DNA of 64,000 bases from Deltaproteobacteria bacterium HGW-Deltaproteobacteria-15 (GCA_002840535.1 PHBH01000026.1:11083-75082); one strand, 5' to 3'. Counted from the stretch's first letter, positions 49,294 to 58,953 are shown. Made by a program: numbers and translations. The notes: generated by a model not told the origin, from the letters alone.

Positions 49294-50145
49294 TCATGAA
49301 CTCATACCCGGAAAGGCTCCTATGGGTTCGATTGACTTAAGAATCTCAAACAGACTGGCAGAGTTGACTACTAGGATCGTTCTTTCTTTAGCTTGTGCAA
49401 GCCCGCGAAGGCTGCTTTTCTTGATATTTCTTCTATCAGCCATACTAATGGTGGATGTTGTAATACTCTTTCTAAATCTAATGAACGGCACGGTTTCAAA
49501 GTTTGCTTCTGAAAGGTTGCCGTCGAGTAACGAAATATTATCTGTAGCAAATCTACAAACCCTAATTTGCGCGGAAGTTATAATCATGGGTACATAAATC
49601 CGGTTCTGCGGTCTTTCTCTCAAACAAAGTTCCTCCACGGCAACAGCATATGTCGAGTCCAGGAGCCTCGCTGAAATCCGTTCCAGCATGGGTTTATCCC
49701 TGTCACCTTCGCCTCGAATTATACACATATCACTTTCGGGGGAACTAGGAGTGAGTGAAAAATCTGAGTAGCCGATTAGCATAAGGCGCTGTTTGTCTGG
49801 AGTGGCAGTTGGAACGTGCCCTTTAACATAGAAGCAGGAAGCAAGCATGGTTTGTTGTCTTTGAGAGTCACTAGTCTGTACAAGGAATACCCATTGACCC
49901 TGATCAACACGCTTACACTCCACTATTAAGACAAATGCCGTGTGACGGCAATGTTCCAGAATAAGATCAATGTACCCGTCAGTGCCCTCTTTGGAATTTA
50001 CCCAATGATGTTCCCAAGAGGCCACTTCCCATGGTAATGCTCCACGTTCCTCGACTTCTGTTTTCACACGCCATTGGAACAAATACCCATGTTTGTTAAC
50101 CAGCTTGAGTAAGTCTCTATTGTGATTATCAATTTCCTTCTGCAT
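49294..50145 (-). CDS. hypothetical protein with PD-(D/E)xK-like core
   Basis: GYIDLILE...FVLIVECKR fits a D...ExK nuclease motif. AT-rich gene. Confidence 0.5.
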   Translation of the reverse strand: MQKEIDNHNRDLLKLVNKHGYLFQWRVKTEVEERGALPWEVASWEHHWVNSKEGTDGYIDLILEHCRHTAFVLIVECKRVDQGQWVFLVQTSDSQRQQTMLASCFYVKGHVPTATPDKQRLMLIGYSDFSLTPSSPESDMCIIRGEGDRDKPMLERISARLLDSTYAVAVEELCLRERPQNRIYVPMIITSAQIRVCRFATDNISLLDGNLSEANFETVPFIRFRKSITTSTISMADRRNIKKSSLRGLAQAKERTILVVNSASLFEILKSIEPIGAFPGMSS

Positions 50146-50358
50146 TAGCCATTCCTACTAGCCTTATGGAAAATTGATAACGATTTTTATAGGGTTCCTA
50201 CCTTACCGTCAACAACTTTGTATCTGAGGCACTCGGAGCAACTCATGGCAATCTGGGGCTATAAGGCGCAGTGAAAATTTAGTACGGATTGAATTATCTT
50301 GACAACAAGGTATTCTTAAATACAATAGATACAAATAATACAGAAAGGGGTTGATCAA

Positions 50359-50517
50359 ATGGCAACGGTAAACCTGAGAGACTTTCCGGACCAGCTCCAT
50401 AGAGAAGCGAAGGCGAAGGCTGCATTGATGGGTATTTCCCTGAGGGATTTTGTTGTCAGGGCTGTAGAGCTCTTCTTGGAAGAGGAGAAGAAGCGGGAAA
50501 AGAAAGGAGCGAAGTAA
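50359..50517 (+). CDS. ribbon-helix-helix (Arc/CopG-like) small protein (below ORF-track cutoff)
   Basis: My own translation gives MATVNLRDFPDQLHREAKAKAALMGISLRDFVVRAVELFLEEEKKREKKGAK. Ends 1 nt before the integrase ATG. Confidence 0.5.
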   Translation: MATVNLRDFPDQLHREAKAKAALMGISLRDFVVRAVELFLEEEKKREKKGAK

Positions 50518-50518
50518 G

Positions 50519-51649
50519 ATGGAATATCCTATCGGGTGCATTTACAAACGGGCAAAGTCTCCCTTCTGGTGGGCGAAGATCGTTCCTTACAAGGGAGGGA
50601 AGCCAGTCTTTGAAAGCACAAAGCGCACACGGCAGGACCACGCGGAGACATGGCTCAAAGACCGGATGAAGGATTTCAGGGTTGACCTTGGGCATGTCCG
50701 ACCGGAGCAGGTAACCTTTGACGAACTGGCTAAGGACCTCAAAACGGAATACGGGATCGAGGGCAGGAAGAGCCTTGACCGGTTGGAGAACAGTATCGGT
50801 CACCTTGAGAAGGTCTTCACCGGCATGCGCGCTATGGAGATCAACACGGCCAGGGTGAAGCGATATATTGAACTGAGGCAGTCCGAAGGCGCGCAAAACG
50901 GAACGATCAACCGGGAGCTGGCCGCACTGTCCAAGATGTTCAGCCTTGGGGCTCAGAACACTCCCCGGAAGGTTCTTACTATTCCCCACATTCCGAAGCT
51001 GAAAGAGGCGAACCCCCGGAAGGGTTTCTTTGAGCCTGCCGAGTATCAGGCTGTCCTGTCCCAACTGCCCGGGTTCTACCGGGGGCCGGTTACCTTCGCC
51101 TATTACACCGGATGGCGGCAAGGGGAAGTCCTGGACCTGAAGTGGTCGAATGTGGATAGGGAAGGGGGCATGGTTACTTTGGACGTGGGGACCACAAAGA
51201 ACGATGAGGGCCGAACGGTCTACATGACAGAGGAACTAAGGACCCTCCTAGAAGCCCAATGGGAAGAGCGGAAGGCTTCCGGCAAACTATCCCCCTACGT
51301 GTTCCCGAATGAGAGCAGAACGAACCGGATACTAAAGACCCGATTCAACCGGGCATGGCGGAAGGCATGTGAGAAGGCGGGCCACACGGAGAAACTGTTT
51401 CACGACCTTCGAAGGACGGCCGTCAGGAACATGGTCCGGGCAGGGATCCCGGAACGGGTTGCAATGATGATCAGCGGCCACAAAACCCGGAGCATCTTTG
51501 ATCGATACAACATCGTTGATGACAAGGACCTGAGGCAGGCGGCACAGAAAATTGAAGCTTATCATGGCGCACAGGTTACACCAGCGGTTACACCGAAGGT
51601 TAGAAGCCTGTCCGAAGGCAATAGAAAAGGGATTAACCATGCCAGCTAA
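50519..51649 (+). CDS. tyrosine integrase of island B
   Basis: Phage-integrase architecture. GWRQGEVLDL, HDLRRTAVRNM and GHKTRSIFDRYNIV (R...HxxR...Y). Ends 19 nt before the tRNA-Sec 3-prime end. Confidence 0.9.
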   Translation: MEYPIGCIYKRAKSPFWWAKIVPYKGGKPVFESTKRTRQDHAETWLKDRMKDFRVDLGHVRPEQVTFDELAKDLKTEYGIEGRKSLDRLENSIGHLEKVFTGMRAMEINTARVKRYIELRQSEGAQNGTINRELAALSKMFSLGAQNTPRKVLTIPHIPKLKEANPRKGFFEPAEYQAVLSQLPGFYRGPVTFAYYTGWRQGEVLDLKWSNVDREGGMVTLDVGTTKNDEGRTVYMTEELRTLLEAQWEERKASGKLSPYVFPNESRTNRILKTRFNRAWRKACEKAGHTEKLFHDLRRTAVRNMVRAGIPERVAMMISGHKTRSIFDRYNIVDDKDLRQAAQKIEAYHGAQVTPAVTPKVRSLSEGNRKGINHAS

Positions 51650-51668
51650 CCCCTTGAATTTCCGCCTT

Positions 51669-51765
51669 TGGCGGAAGTGCATGGGAATCGAACCCACCTG
51701 CCAGGTTTTAGCCCGGCACACCGGATTTGAAGTCCGGGAGCCCCACCAGTGAGCTTTCCACTTCC
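51669..51765 (-). tRNA. selC: tRNA-Sec (anticodon UCA)
   Basis: 97 nt: GGAAGTGG...GGACTTCAAATCC...GGTTCGATTCC...CACTTCCGCCA. Anticodon loop CU-UCA-AA, 7-bp variable arm, encoded CCA. Close resemblance to E. coli selC. ORF 51332-51721 merely translates it. Confidence 0.9.
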
Positions 51766-51836
51766 GTCGGGAAGTATAACAAATTGTAATCAGAAGTCAA
51801 AACAGAACTCTCTCACAGAGGCCGCAGAGAGATGTT

Positions 51837-51865
51837 CCGTTCCCTCCCGATGTGGGAGGGAACGG
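51837..51865. terminator. GC-rich hairpin between selC and asd
   Basis: CCGTTCCCTCCC / GGGAGGGAACGG 12-bp stem with a 5-nt loop. No strong T tract on either side. Confidence 0.5.
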
Positions 51866-51874
51866 AGAAATCAC

Positions 51875-52990
51875 TTATCCGAGGTGCTCAATCAATATGC
51901 GGAGCATCCTTCGTAGAGGTTCGGCGGCGCCCCAGAGGAGCTGATCGCCGCAGGAGAACGCGGTCAGATATTGCGGTCCGAGCAGCATCTTCCTGATCCT
52001 TCCGATCGGCACCGTCAGGGTGCCGCTGATCGCAGCGGGGGTGAGCTCATGGATGGTCGACTCCTTGTCATTGGGAACGACCTTGACCCATTCGTTTGCG
52101 CTGCGGATCATGTCCGTGACCTCGTCCAGCGGAACATCCTTTTTGAGCTTGATGGTGAAGGCCTGGCTGTGGCAACGCATGGAGCTGACACGCACGCAGA
52201 TGCCGTCCACCGGTATGGGATCCCTGGTGTCGAGGATCTTGTTGGTCTCGGCATAGCCCTTCCACTCCTCCCTTGTTTGACCCATCTCGACCGCCCTGTC
52301 GATCCAGGGAATCAGGCTCGCGGCCAGCGGTACGCCGAAATACTCTGTCGGCAGTTTCCCGCCCCGAAGCTCTCCAGTGATAAGCCGGTCGATCTCGAGT
52401 GCTGTAGAAGAGGGGTTCTCCAGCAGCTTCCCGGATGCCTTTCCAAGGGCCGCCATCTGGGCCACCAGTTCTCTCATGTTGTTGGCACCGGCACCGGACG
52501 CTGCCTGGTAAGTCATGGAAGAGAGCCACTCAACGAGGTTGTTGGCAAACAACCCGGCAAGGGCCATCAGCATGAGGCTGACCGTGCAGTTGCCCCCGAC
52601 ATAGTTCCGAATACCGGATTTCAGTCCGGCATCGATCACATACCGGTTTACCGGATCCAGGATGATGATGCTCTCCTTTTCCATGCGGAGGGTGGATGCC
52701 GCGTCGATCCAATAGCCTTTCCATCCCTGCTTGCGCAAGTCGAGGAAGACCCGCTGGGTGTAGTCGCCCCCCTGGCAGGTGACAATGACGTCAAGCTTCG
52801 ACAGGGAGCCAATGTCATGAGCGTCCTTTAAAGGCGCGGAGCCCTGACCTACATCCGGGCCGCTGGCGCCCACACTCGAAGTTGTAAAGAAGAGGGGTTC
52901 AAAGCCATGGAAATCCCTCTCCTGCCTCATTCTCTCCATGAGCACGGAACCAACCATGCCCCTCCAGCCAATGAACCCGATTTTCAGCAT
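51875..52990 (-). CDS. asd: aspartate-semialdehyde dehydrogenase
   Basis: N-terminal [17 protein letters not shown] and [13 protein letters not shown] active-site Cys block typical of Asd. Confidence 0.9.
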   Translation of the reverse strand: MLKIGFIGWRGMVGSVLMERMRQERDFHGFEPLFFTTSSVGASGPDVGQGSAPLKDAHDIGSLSKLDVIVTCQGGDYTQRVFLDLRKQGWKGYWIDAASTLRMEKESIIILDPVNRYVIDAGLKSGIRNYVGGNCTVSLMLMALAGLFANNLVEWLSSMTYQAASGAGANNMRELVAQMAALGKASGKLLENPSSTALEIDRLITGELRGGKLPTEYFGVPLAASLIPWIDRAVEMGQTREEWKGYAETNKILDTRDPIPVDGICVRVSSMRCHSQAFTIKLKKDVPLDEVTDMIRSANEWVKVVPNDKESTIHELTPAAISGTLTVPIGRIRKMLLGPQYLTAFSCGDQLLWGAAEPLRRMLRILIEHLG

Positions 52991-53092
52991 GTCTGACCTC
53001 TCGTCATGAGTTGCTTGTTCAAAGCCAAATATTTTAACGAAAGAAATGAAAGAAATCTATTATCAAAGGCTGACCGAACAACAGAGCGTTCA

Positions 53093-53884
53093 TCATTGGG
53101 GACCTGAGGAAATTCTTCTAAGCTGTTCCATCAAAGCGGTCAAGGTTTTTCCAAGTGCCCCATGGATCACCACGTCCGCGACACTGTCCATGGGGGTCGG
53201 TTCTCTGTTGACGATAATCAGCCTTGCACCGTTTTCGACTGCCTGCATCGGGATCGAAGCAGCCGGGTAGACCACAAGCGATGAACCGAGAACGATGCAG
53301 AGGTCGCACTCGCGAGAGTACCTGAACGACGACTCCATTTTGGACTCGGGCATGGACTGTCCGAATGAAATCGTGTCAGGCTTCAGGATGCCCTTGCATG
53401 CGTCACAGGACGGGACCTTTTCCCCGGCAAGCAAGCGGCTCTGGATCTCTTCCCGCTCATACTTTTTGCCGCAGCTCAGGCAGGATACCGAAAAGGCGGT
53501 GCCGTGGATCTCGATGATCTTTTCCGGAGAACTCCCAGCCTTCTGATGCAGAGAATCGATGTTCTGCGTCACAATGGCCAGGATCTTCCCCATCTCCTCC
53601 ATCTCTTTCAATGCGATATGGGCTCTATTGGGGGTTGCATCCTTCATGGCATCGTAAAACTCGGTGCTCATGACCCAATACTTCTCCCGTGATTTGTCGC
53701 TGGAGATAATCCTCTGGAAGTAGAAATCCTGGGGATTATACCTGCTCCATAACCCGCCGGGGCTTCGAAAATCAGGTATTCCCGATTCCGTGCTCAAGCC
53801 GGCGCCGGTGAAAACAAGGATTTTCCTCGCATTCGCCACCAGCCGGGCGGCTTTCTCCACAAGTTCTTCCATAGCAATTTCCAT
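53093..53884 (-). CDS. NAD-dependent protein deacetylase (Sir2/CobB family)
   Basis: GAGLSTESGIPDFRSPGGLW, TQNIDSLH, and Zn-binding CxxC...CxxC. Confidence 0.85.
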   Translation of the reverse strand: MEIAMEELVEKAARLVANARKILVFTGAGLSTESGIPDFRSPGGLWSRYNPQDFYFQRIISSDKSREKYWVMSTEFYDAMKDATPNRAHIALKEMEEMGKILAIVTQNIDSLHQKAGSSPEKIIEIHGTAFSVSCLSCGKKYEREEIQSRLLAGEKVPSCDACKGILKPDTISFGQSMPESKMESSFRYSRECDLCIVLGSSLVVYPAASIPMQAVENGARLIIVNREPTPMDSVADVVIHGALGKTLTALMEQLRRISSGPQ

Positions 53885-53976
53885 AATCGCCCGATATAGT
53901 TCACCCCATGAGGAGCGTCAAGAGCGTTTTCAATAGTGGGCGGCAAAGAGCGGGCTTTAGAATACCACGAGGTTGG

Positions 53977-54546
53977 TCAATTGAAAAAGGGATTGCGAGT
54001 TCGCTCGGTTCCAATCGAACTGGCTGGCCCGTGGCCGGGGTAGACTCGCAGGTCGTCCCCGAGAGGGAAGATCTTCTTTCTCACCCCTTCTATGAGGAGC
54101 CTGTGGTCCCCACCAGGAAAATCCGTTCGTCCGATCGAGCCGGCAAACAGGGTGTCGCCGGTGAAAACCGCACCGGGTGCATGAAGACATATTCCTCCAG
54201 GCGAATGGCCGGGGGTGTGGATAACGGAGATGTTGTAATCACCGAGTGTGATCTTCATTCCTTCCTCGAGATAGCCGTCCGGCGCGAACCCGAGACCGGA
54301 TGCATCGAGAGAATGGATCAGAACAGACGCATGCGTGATCCTCTTCAACTCGGCAGCGCCGCCGGTATGATCGAAATGCCCGTGCGTGAAGACGATAAAG
54401 CGAATGAAGAGCTTTTGGCTGGAGATCTCCTGGACGATTCGAAAAACCTCGTCTCCGGGATCGATAACCATGCCGTCGTTTGTCCCCTTGGACCCTAGGA
54501 TGTAGCAATTAGCCTGATAGGGGCCTACCACAACCTTCCTGAGCAT
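53977..54546 (-). CDS. MBL-fold metallo-hydrolase
   Basis: THGHFDHTGG motif plus downstream HTPGHSPG. Confidence 0.8.
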   Translation of the reverse strand: MLRKVVVGPYQANCYILGSKGTNDGMVIDPGDEVFRIVQEISSQKLFIRFIVFTHGHFDHTGGAAELKRITHASVLIHSLDASGLGFAPDGYLEEGMKITLGDYNISVIHTPGHSPGGICLHAPGAVFTGDTLFAGSIGRTDFPGGDHRLLIEGVRKKIFPLGDDLRVYPGHGPASSIGTERTRNPFFN

Positions 54547-54759
54547 GCCGCGGTTCTTCCTTTCAATTTTTGCCCTCAGGGCGCGTAGTGGAGAAGATAA
54601 GAAAGGTCAGAGCTTTTTCAAGACCCTTTCGCGGGAGTTTCTGTTCCGAAGAATTATCGTTCTTGAAAAACCTGGATACCCCTGCACCGGCGTATGGTAT
54701 AGTTTATTGAAGAAGTTTCATGACACGGAGGATGATTTTCGTAGAGAAGGAGAAGGCCC

Positions 54760-55236
54760 ATGTTTTCCATTCGTGAGATCCTGGCGCTGGCCATCAAACT
54801 GGAGAAGAACGGAGAGCACTTCTACAGAGGGGCCGAGTCCCGATTTGCGGATCCGTCCCTTGCCTCGCTGCTTCGCTGGCTGGCAAATGAGGAGCTGCGG
54901 CACATGGAATGGTTCGTGAGCAAGAGGTCTGAAATGAAGCCGGAGGGCAAGGAAAGAGACCTTGAAGAAATCGGAGACGAACTCCTTCGCGACATTCTTG
55001 GAAATCAGACCTTTTCCCTCCAGGAGGTGGACCTCTCCAAGATCCACGACCAGGTGAGCCTGGTAGATGTTGCCATAGAATTTGAAAGCGACACAATTCT
55101 GTTTTACGAAATGCTCCTTACAATGGTTGAGGATAAAGAGACAACAGACAAGCTCTCTGAGATCATTGCAGAGGAAAACAACCATATCCAGAGTCTTCGG
55201 GCATTTCGCACAAACCCTTCAGGGAGGAGTTCATGA
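54760..55236 (+). CDS. ferritin-like/rubrerythrin-family protein
   Basis: Repeated ExxH pattern (EELRHM, EENNHI) in a four-helix-like 158-aa protein. Confidence 0.6.
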   Translation: MFSIREILALAIKLEKNGEHFYRGAESRFADPSLASLLRWLANEELRHMEWFVSKRSEMKPEGKERDLEEIGDELLRDILGNQTFSLQEVDLSKIHDQVSLVDVAIEFESDTILFYEMLLTMVEDKETTDKLSEIIAEENNHIQSLRAFRTNPSGRSS

Positions 55237-56435
55237 AATTCACCCAAGATATTTTGGACAAGTACGGGGATGTTCTCTTGTGGGCGCTGCGGAAAGCGCG
55301 CAAGGGCCCGTTTGGAAAAAGGGATGTGGTCCTGGTGAACTACCATCTGGATGCACTTCCCCTGGCCGAGACCCTTCAGTACAAACTGCTTCATAGAGGG
55401 TTTCATCCGGTCCTTCGGCTGCGTTCGACTTCTCGAATGGAGCGCACGTTCTTTGATGTGGCAAACCCACGACAACTTGAGTTCCGGACCCCTGGCGACG
55501 CGGAGCTCAACCAGGCCTTGAACGGCGCAATCTATCTCTTTGCTCCGGACTCTTTGACCCATCTGAGCGCGGTCGACCCGACCAAGGTCGGGAAAGCGGC
55601 CGTTGCGGCAAAGCCCTTTCGGGACATACTGGACAGGAGGGATGAAAAGGGACTCTTCGGATGGACCCTGTGCATGGTCCCCACTCCAGCGCTCGCAGAA
55701 CACGCGTCCATTTCTATGGGCAGGTATTCCCAGGAGGTGATCCGTGCCTGCTTTCTTGATGATGACGATCCGGTGAACCGCTGGGAGCAAACCTACAAGG
55801 ACATTGGCGAGATCAAGAAGTGGTTGAACAGTCTGCAGATCAAGTTGCTGCACCTGGAGTCGGAGACAATCGACCTCAGGATCAGGCCCGGGATAAAGAG
55901 AAAATGGGTCGGCCTTTCGGGTCACAATATTCCGAGCTTCGAAATCTTTGTCTCACCCGATTGGCGTGGAACCGAAGGCGTTTATTTCTCGAATCAGCCT
56001 TCTTTCAGAAGCGGCAATCGGGTGGAAAACATCAAGTTGGTTTTTCAAAAGGGGAGGGCGATTCGAATCGAAGCTGAAAAAGGAGAGGAATTCGCCGTCA
56101 AGCAAGCCTCCATGGACAAAGGCGCCGCAAGGGTAGGAGAGTTCTCGCTGACCGACAAACGCTTTTCGAGGATCAACCGTTTTATGGCGAATACCCTCTA
56201 TGACGAAAACTATGGGGGCCGATACGGCAACTCCCATGTCGCACTCGGCTCCTCCTACTCGGACACCTTCGATGGAGATCGTTCGAAACTCACTGGACAG
56301 ATGAAAAAGGAACTCGGATTCAATGAATCCGCCCTTCATTGGGACATGGTGAATACAGGAAAGAAGACGGTAACCGCTCACCTGGTATCAGGAAAGAAAA
56401 AGATTATCTACGAGAACGGAATGTTTACCATTTAG
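55233..56435 (+). CDS. M29-family aminopeptidase (AmpS/PepS-like)
   Basis: 400 aa. C-terminal NSHVALGSSY...ALHWDMV pattern typical of aminopeptidase S-type enzymes. Confidence 0.7.
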   Translation: MKFTQDILDKYGDVLLWALRKARKGPFGKRDVVLVNYHLDALPLAETLQYKLLHRGFHPVLRLRSTSRMERTFFDVANPRQLEFRTPGDAELNQALNGAIYLFAPDSLTHLSAVDPTKVGKAAVAAKPFRDILDRRDEKGLFGWTLCMVPTPALAEHASISMGRYSQEVIRACFLDDDDPVNRWEQTYKDIGEIKKWLNSLQIKLLHLESETIDLRIRPGIKRKWVGLSGHNIPSFEIFVSPDWRGTEGVYFSNQPSFRSGNRVENIKLVFQKGRAIRIEAEKGEEFAVKQASMDKGAARVGEFSLTDKRFSRINRFMANTLYDENYGGRYGNSHVALGSSYSDTFDGDRSKLTGQMKKELGFNESALHWDMVNTGKKTVTAHLVSGKKKIIYENGMFTI

Positions 56436-56564
56436 CATTGACGATGTCGTAAAAAGTCGTCACCCCGGTGAAAACCGGGTCCAGAAGGCTCGCAAGTGGG
56501 GTGACTGAAACATTCATCTGAGACCGCCCAAAGGGGTTCTCTTCTTCAAAAAGTAGATTAGCGT

Positions 56565-56936
56565 GTGAGTTACCCGTTTATCGCGAACCTCGTCATCGTT
56601 CTTCATTTTCTCTGGATTCTTTTCCTGATCTTCGGATTTTATTTTGTCCTGAGAGGCTCCAGAATCGCCTACGTCCACGCTTCAGGCCTTCTGTTTTCCC
56701 TTGTTCTGAACCTGATGGGCTGGTACTGTCCGCTTACTTACCTCGAGAACCATCTCAACTCCGTTGACCGCGCAGTCGTATCCGGCGGCCAGTCGTTTAT
56801 GGAGAGAACCCTTGAGAAGGTAATCTATCCGGACGTGGATGAAACCTTGATCCGGAAAGGCGAAATCATATTCGTCCTGATGAACGGGATCGCCTATGGG
56901 TGGGCGTTCCGAAGAAGACGGTTCTCTGGTTTCTGA
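56565..56936 (+). CDS. DUF2784-like membrane protein
   Basis: Hydrophobic N-terminal helices and GWYCPLTYLEN motif. Confidence 0.6.
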   Translation: MSYPFIANLVIVLHFLWILFLIFGFYFVLRGSRIAYVHASGLLFSLVLNLMGWYCPLTYLENHLNSVDRAVVSGGQSFMERTLEKVIYPDVDETLIRKGEIIFVLMNGIAYGWAFRRRRFSGF

Positions 56937-57741
56937 TAAACCAAAGAAACCAGATAAACCAGACAAACCAGATAATCGTTTGAGGAGCCGCGAATTGCTC
57001 GATAATAGCTTTATTCATATTCAGGGAATCGGAGAGAAATCGGAGAGGAGCATCTGGTCGCGGGGGATACGCACGTGGACGGATTTTCTGGAGTGTCCCG
57101 AATGCGTGTTGTCCGAGGTGAAGGATTGTGTCATCAGAGAGGAGCTGAGGAACTCCATGGCTCATCGGCACGAAATCGGTTTTTTCGCCGAACGGCTCCC
57201 TTCGTGCGAGGCCTGGCGTCTCTACGAATCCTTCAGGCAAAGGGTGGTCTATCTGGATATTGAGACCAGCGGCGGCTATATGGGGGCGGATGAGATTACG
57301 GTCATCGGCACGTTTGACGGGAACAGTGTCTGTTCATTCGTGAGCGGATCCAACCTGGAGGATTTTGAGTGTTCCATAGCGGACTATGACCTGGTCGTCA
57401 CTTTCAACGGTACCTGCTTTGATCTTCCCTTCATTAAACGTTCCTTTCCAAACATCACCCTGCCTCCGGCACATATCGATCTTCGATTTCCCCTGAAGAG
57501 GCTGGGATATCGTGGGGGTCTGAAGAGGATTGAAAGGGAGACCGGAATTGAGCGGGATGAGGGAATCAGGGGAATGGACGGTTTCGATGCGGTCCGGCTA
57601 TGGAAAGCCTATCAGTGGGGAGACAATCGCGCCCTTCAGGTCTTACTTGAATACAATGCGGCGGATGTGGTGAACCTGGAACCGCTGATGGAACTCGTGA
57701 ACAGGGAATTGAAGGCCAGAATATTCCCGTTCGGCGCATGA
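56896..57741 (+). CDS. RNase H-like exonuclease-fold protein (YprB-like)
   Basis: VVYLDIETSG and VTFNGTCFDLPF motifs. The true start may lie downstream of 56896, which overlaps the previous gene by 41 nt. Confidence 0.6.
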   Translation: MGGRSEEDGSLVSDKPKKPDKPDKPDNRLRSRELLDNSFIHIQGIGEKSERSIWSRGIRTWTDFLECPECVLSEVKDCVIREELRNSMAHRHEIGFFAERLPSCEAWRLYESFRQRVVYLDIETSGGYMGADEITVIGTFDGNSVCSFVSGSNLEDFECSIADYDLVVTFNGTCFDLPFIKRSFPNITLPPAHIDLRFPLKRLGYRGGLKRIERETGIERDEGIRGMDGFDAVRLWKAYQWGDNRALQVLLEYNAADVVNLEPLMELVNRELKARIFPFGA

Positions 57742-58035
57742 CTGCGCCCGCGAAAATCAGAAAATCGAAATAAAAGAAAACGGCCTCCCGAGCGGCGTTG
57801 TTTTCCCCAGGTATCTCGTTTCCCTTCGTTGGGAGAAGCCTGGCAGAGAAGATGCACGCACACTCGAGAAGCCCGCTCAGTCGCCTCCGACCTTCCTCTC
57901 TTACGATAACCTTGGGAGTTCGGCTACGATAACCTTGGGAGTTCGGCCATCCCGTGGTTTCTTCTCGATATGGAAGATGGGCGGCTTTGAGCGTGACTAT
58001 CTCATCGGATTATTTCGAGCGATACTTTAACAATC

Positions 58036-58953
58036 CTATTCCTGATCCTTGATAAAACTCCAGACTTTTTCCAGCCGCGGGATCCCGTCTCGTGCGCCGA
58101 TGCGGCGGCATTTCATTGCGGCTACAGCAGAGGCGAAACGCATGCAGGCGGCCATGTCCCAATGCTGAAGCACTCCATAGATGTAGGCGCCATGATAAAC
58201 ATCGCCGGCGCCGGTCGTATCAACGGCCATCACCGGATAACTTCGTTGAAAAATGATTTTCCCGTTTTCGCAGCCTACGCTCCCTTGGGAGCCAAGGGTT
58301 ATTACCGCCTTGCCTGCACCCATCTGCATAAGGGCCTCTAGCGCCTTCTCCATCGGCGCACCAGGCCCGACCAGGGCACGCGCAAAACCCTCAGAGGCCA
58401 CTACAATGTCTACGAACCGAATCAGATCGGGAGAACCTTGTCGCAGGGTTCCGGCGTCCATGACGATCTCCCATCCCATTTTCCGAGCCTGGCGGGCGGC
58501 TTCGATTGCGGCTTCTATCATGAGGCCATCCACGTGGAGAATCCTGGCGTTAGGGAAATGGCCAAGTGCGACTTCCTCCCTCTTCATGGGCGTCACGCTC
58601 CCCCTATGCCAGAAAATGGTCCTGTTGCCGTTTTGAGGGGATATGGCAATGAAGGCAAATTGTGAGGTATGCCCCGGGCGGATTGTCAAAAGGGAGAAAT
58701 CCACCCCTTCCTTTTGCAGCCCTTTGACAATCTCCCGTCCGAAAAAGTCATCGGATATGGATCCAAGAAAAGAGGTTCGGATGCCCAGCCTCGCCAGCGT
58801 CACCATGGCAGTAGAGGCAGGACCTCCGCATTGAATTTCCACGTTTTGGAGTTCCGATTTCTCGTTTTCCCGAGGAAAAGAAGACGTTATCCCCAGAAAA
58901 TCCAGGCTTGCCTGGCCCAGACCGACCACATCGATGTCCTGAAGGAGCTTCAT
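58036..58953 (-). CDS. PfkB-family carbohydrate kinase
   Basis: C-terminal DTTGAGDVYHGA motif. Start trimmed to MKLLQDIDVVGLG. Confidence 0.8.
   Translation of the reverse strand: MKLLQDIDVVGLGQASLDFLGITSSFPRENEKSELQNVEIQCGGPASTAMVTLARLGIRTSFLGSISDDFFGREIVKGLQKEGVDFSLLTIRPGHTSQFAFIAISPQNGNRTIFWHRGSVTPMKREEVALGHFPNARILHVDGLMIEAAIEAARQARKMGWEIVMDAGTLRQGSPDLIRFVDIVVASEGFARALVGPGAPMEKALEALMQMGAGKAVITLGSQGSVGCENGKIIFQRSYPVMAVDTTGAGDVYHGAYIYGVLQHWDMAACMRFASAVAAMKCRRIGARDGIPRLEKVWSFIKDQE

Larger units (their letters stand above)
22124..51668. mobile_element. integrative island B at selC (satellite/plasmid-like replication module plus defence-type cargo)
   Basis: Bounded by the 67-bp repeat and the intact tRNA-Sec. 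The integrase at 50519-51649 abuts the tRNA. Mosaic composition. Confidence 0.7.

Noticed and set aside
51332-51721. 129-aa minus-strand ORF beginning MCRAKTWQVGSIPMHFR, and its twin at 21978-22169.
   Set aside because: Both N-termini are simply translations of the tRNA-Sec sequence and its 67-bp copy. The rest overlaps the integrase gene antisense. Not coding.
53093-53884. Sir2-domain protein as a defence gene (ThsA/DSR-like).
   Set aside because: It is short, with only a canonical sirtuin core and zinc ribbon. It lies outside the island among housekeeping genes (asd, MBL hydrolase). Most simply a CobB-type deacetylase.
56947-56975. 9-bp tandem repeat AAACCAGA(T/C) encoding KPDKPDKPD.
   Set aside because: It lies in the doubtful N-terminal extension of the RNase H-like ORF. 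Likely simple slippage, with no evident function.
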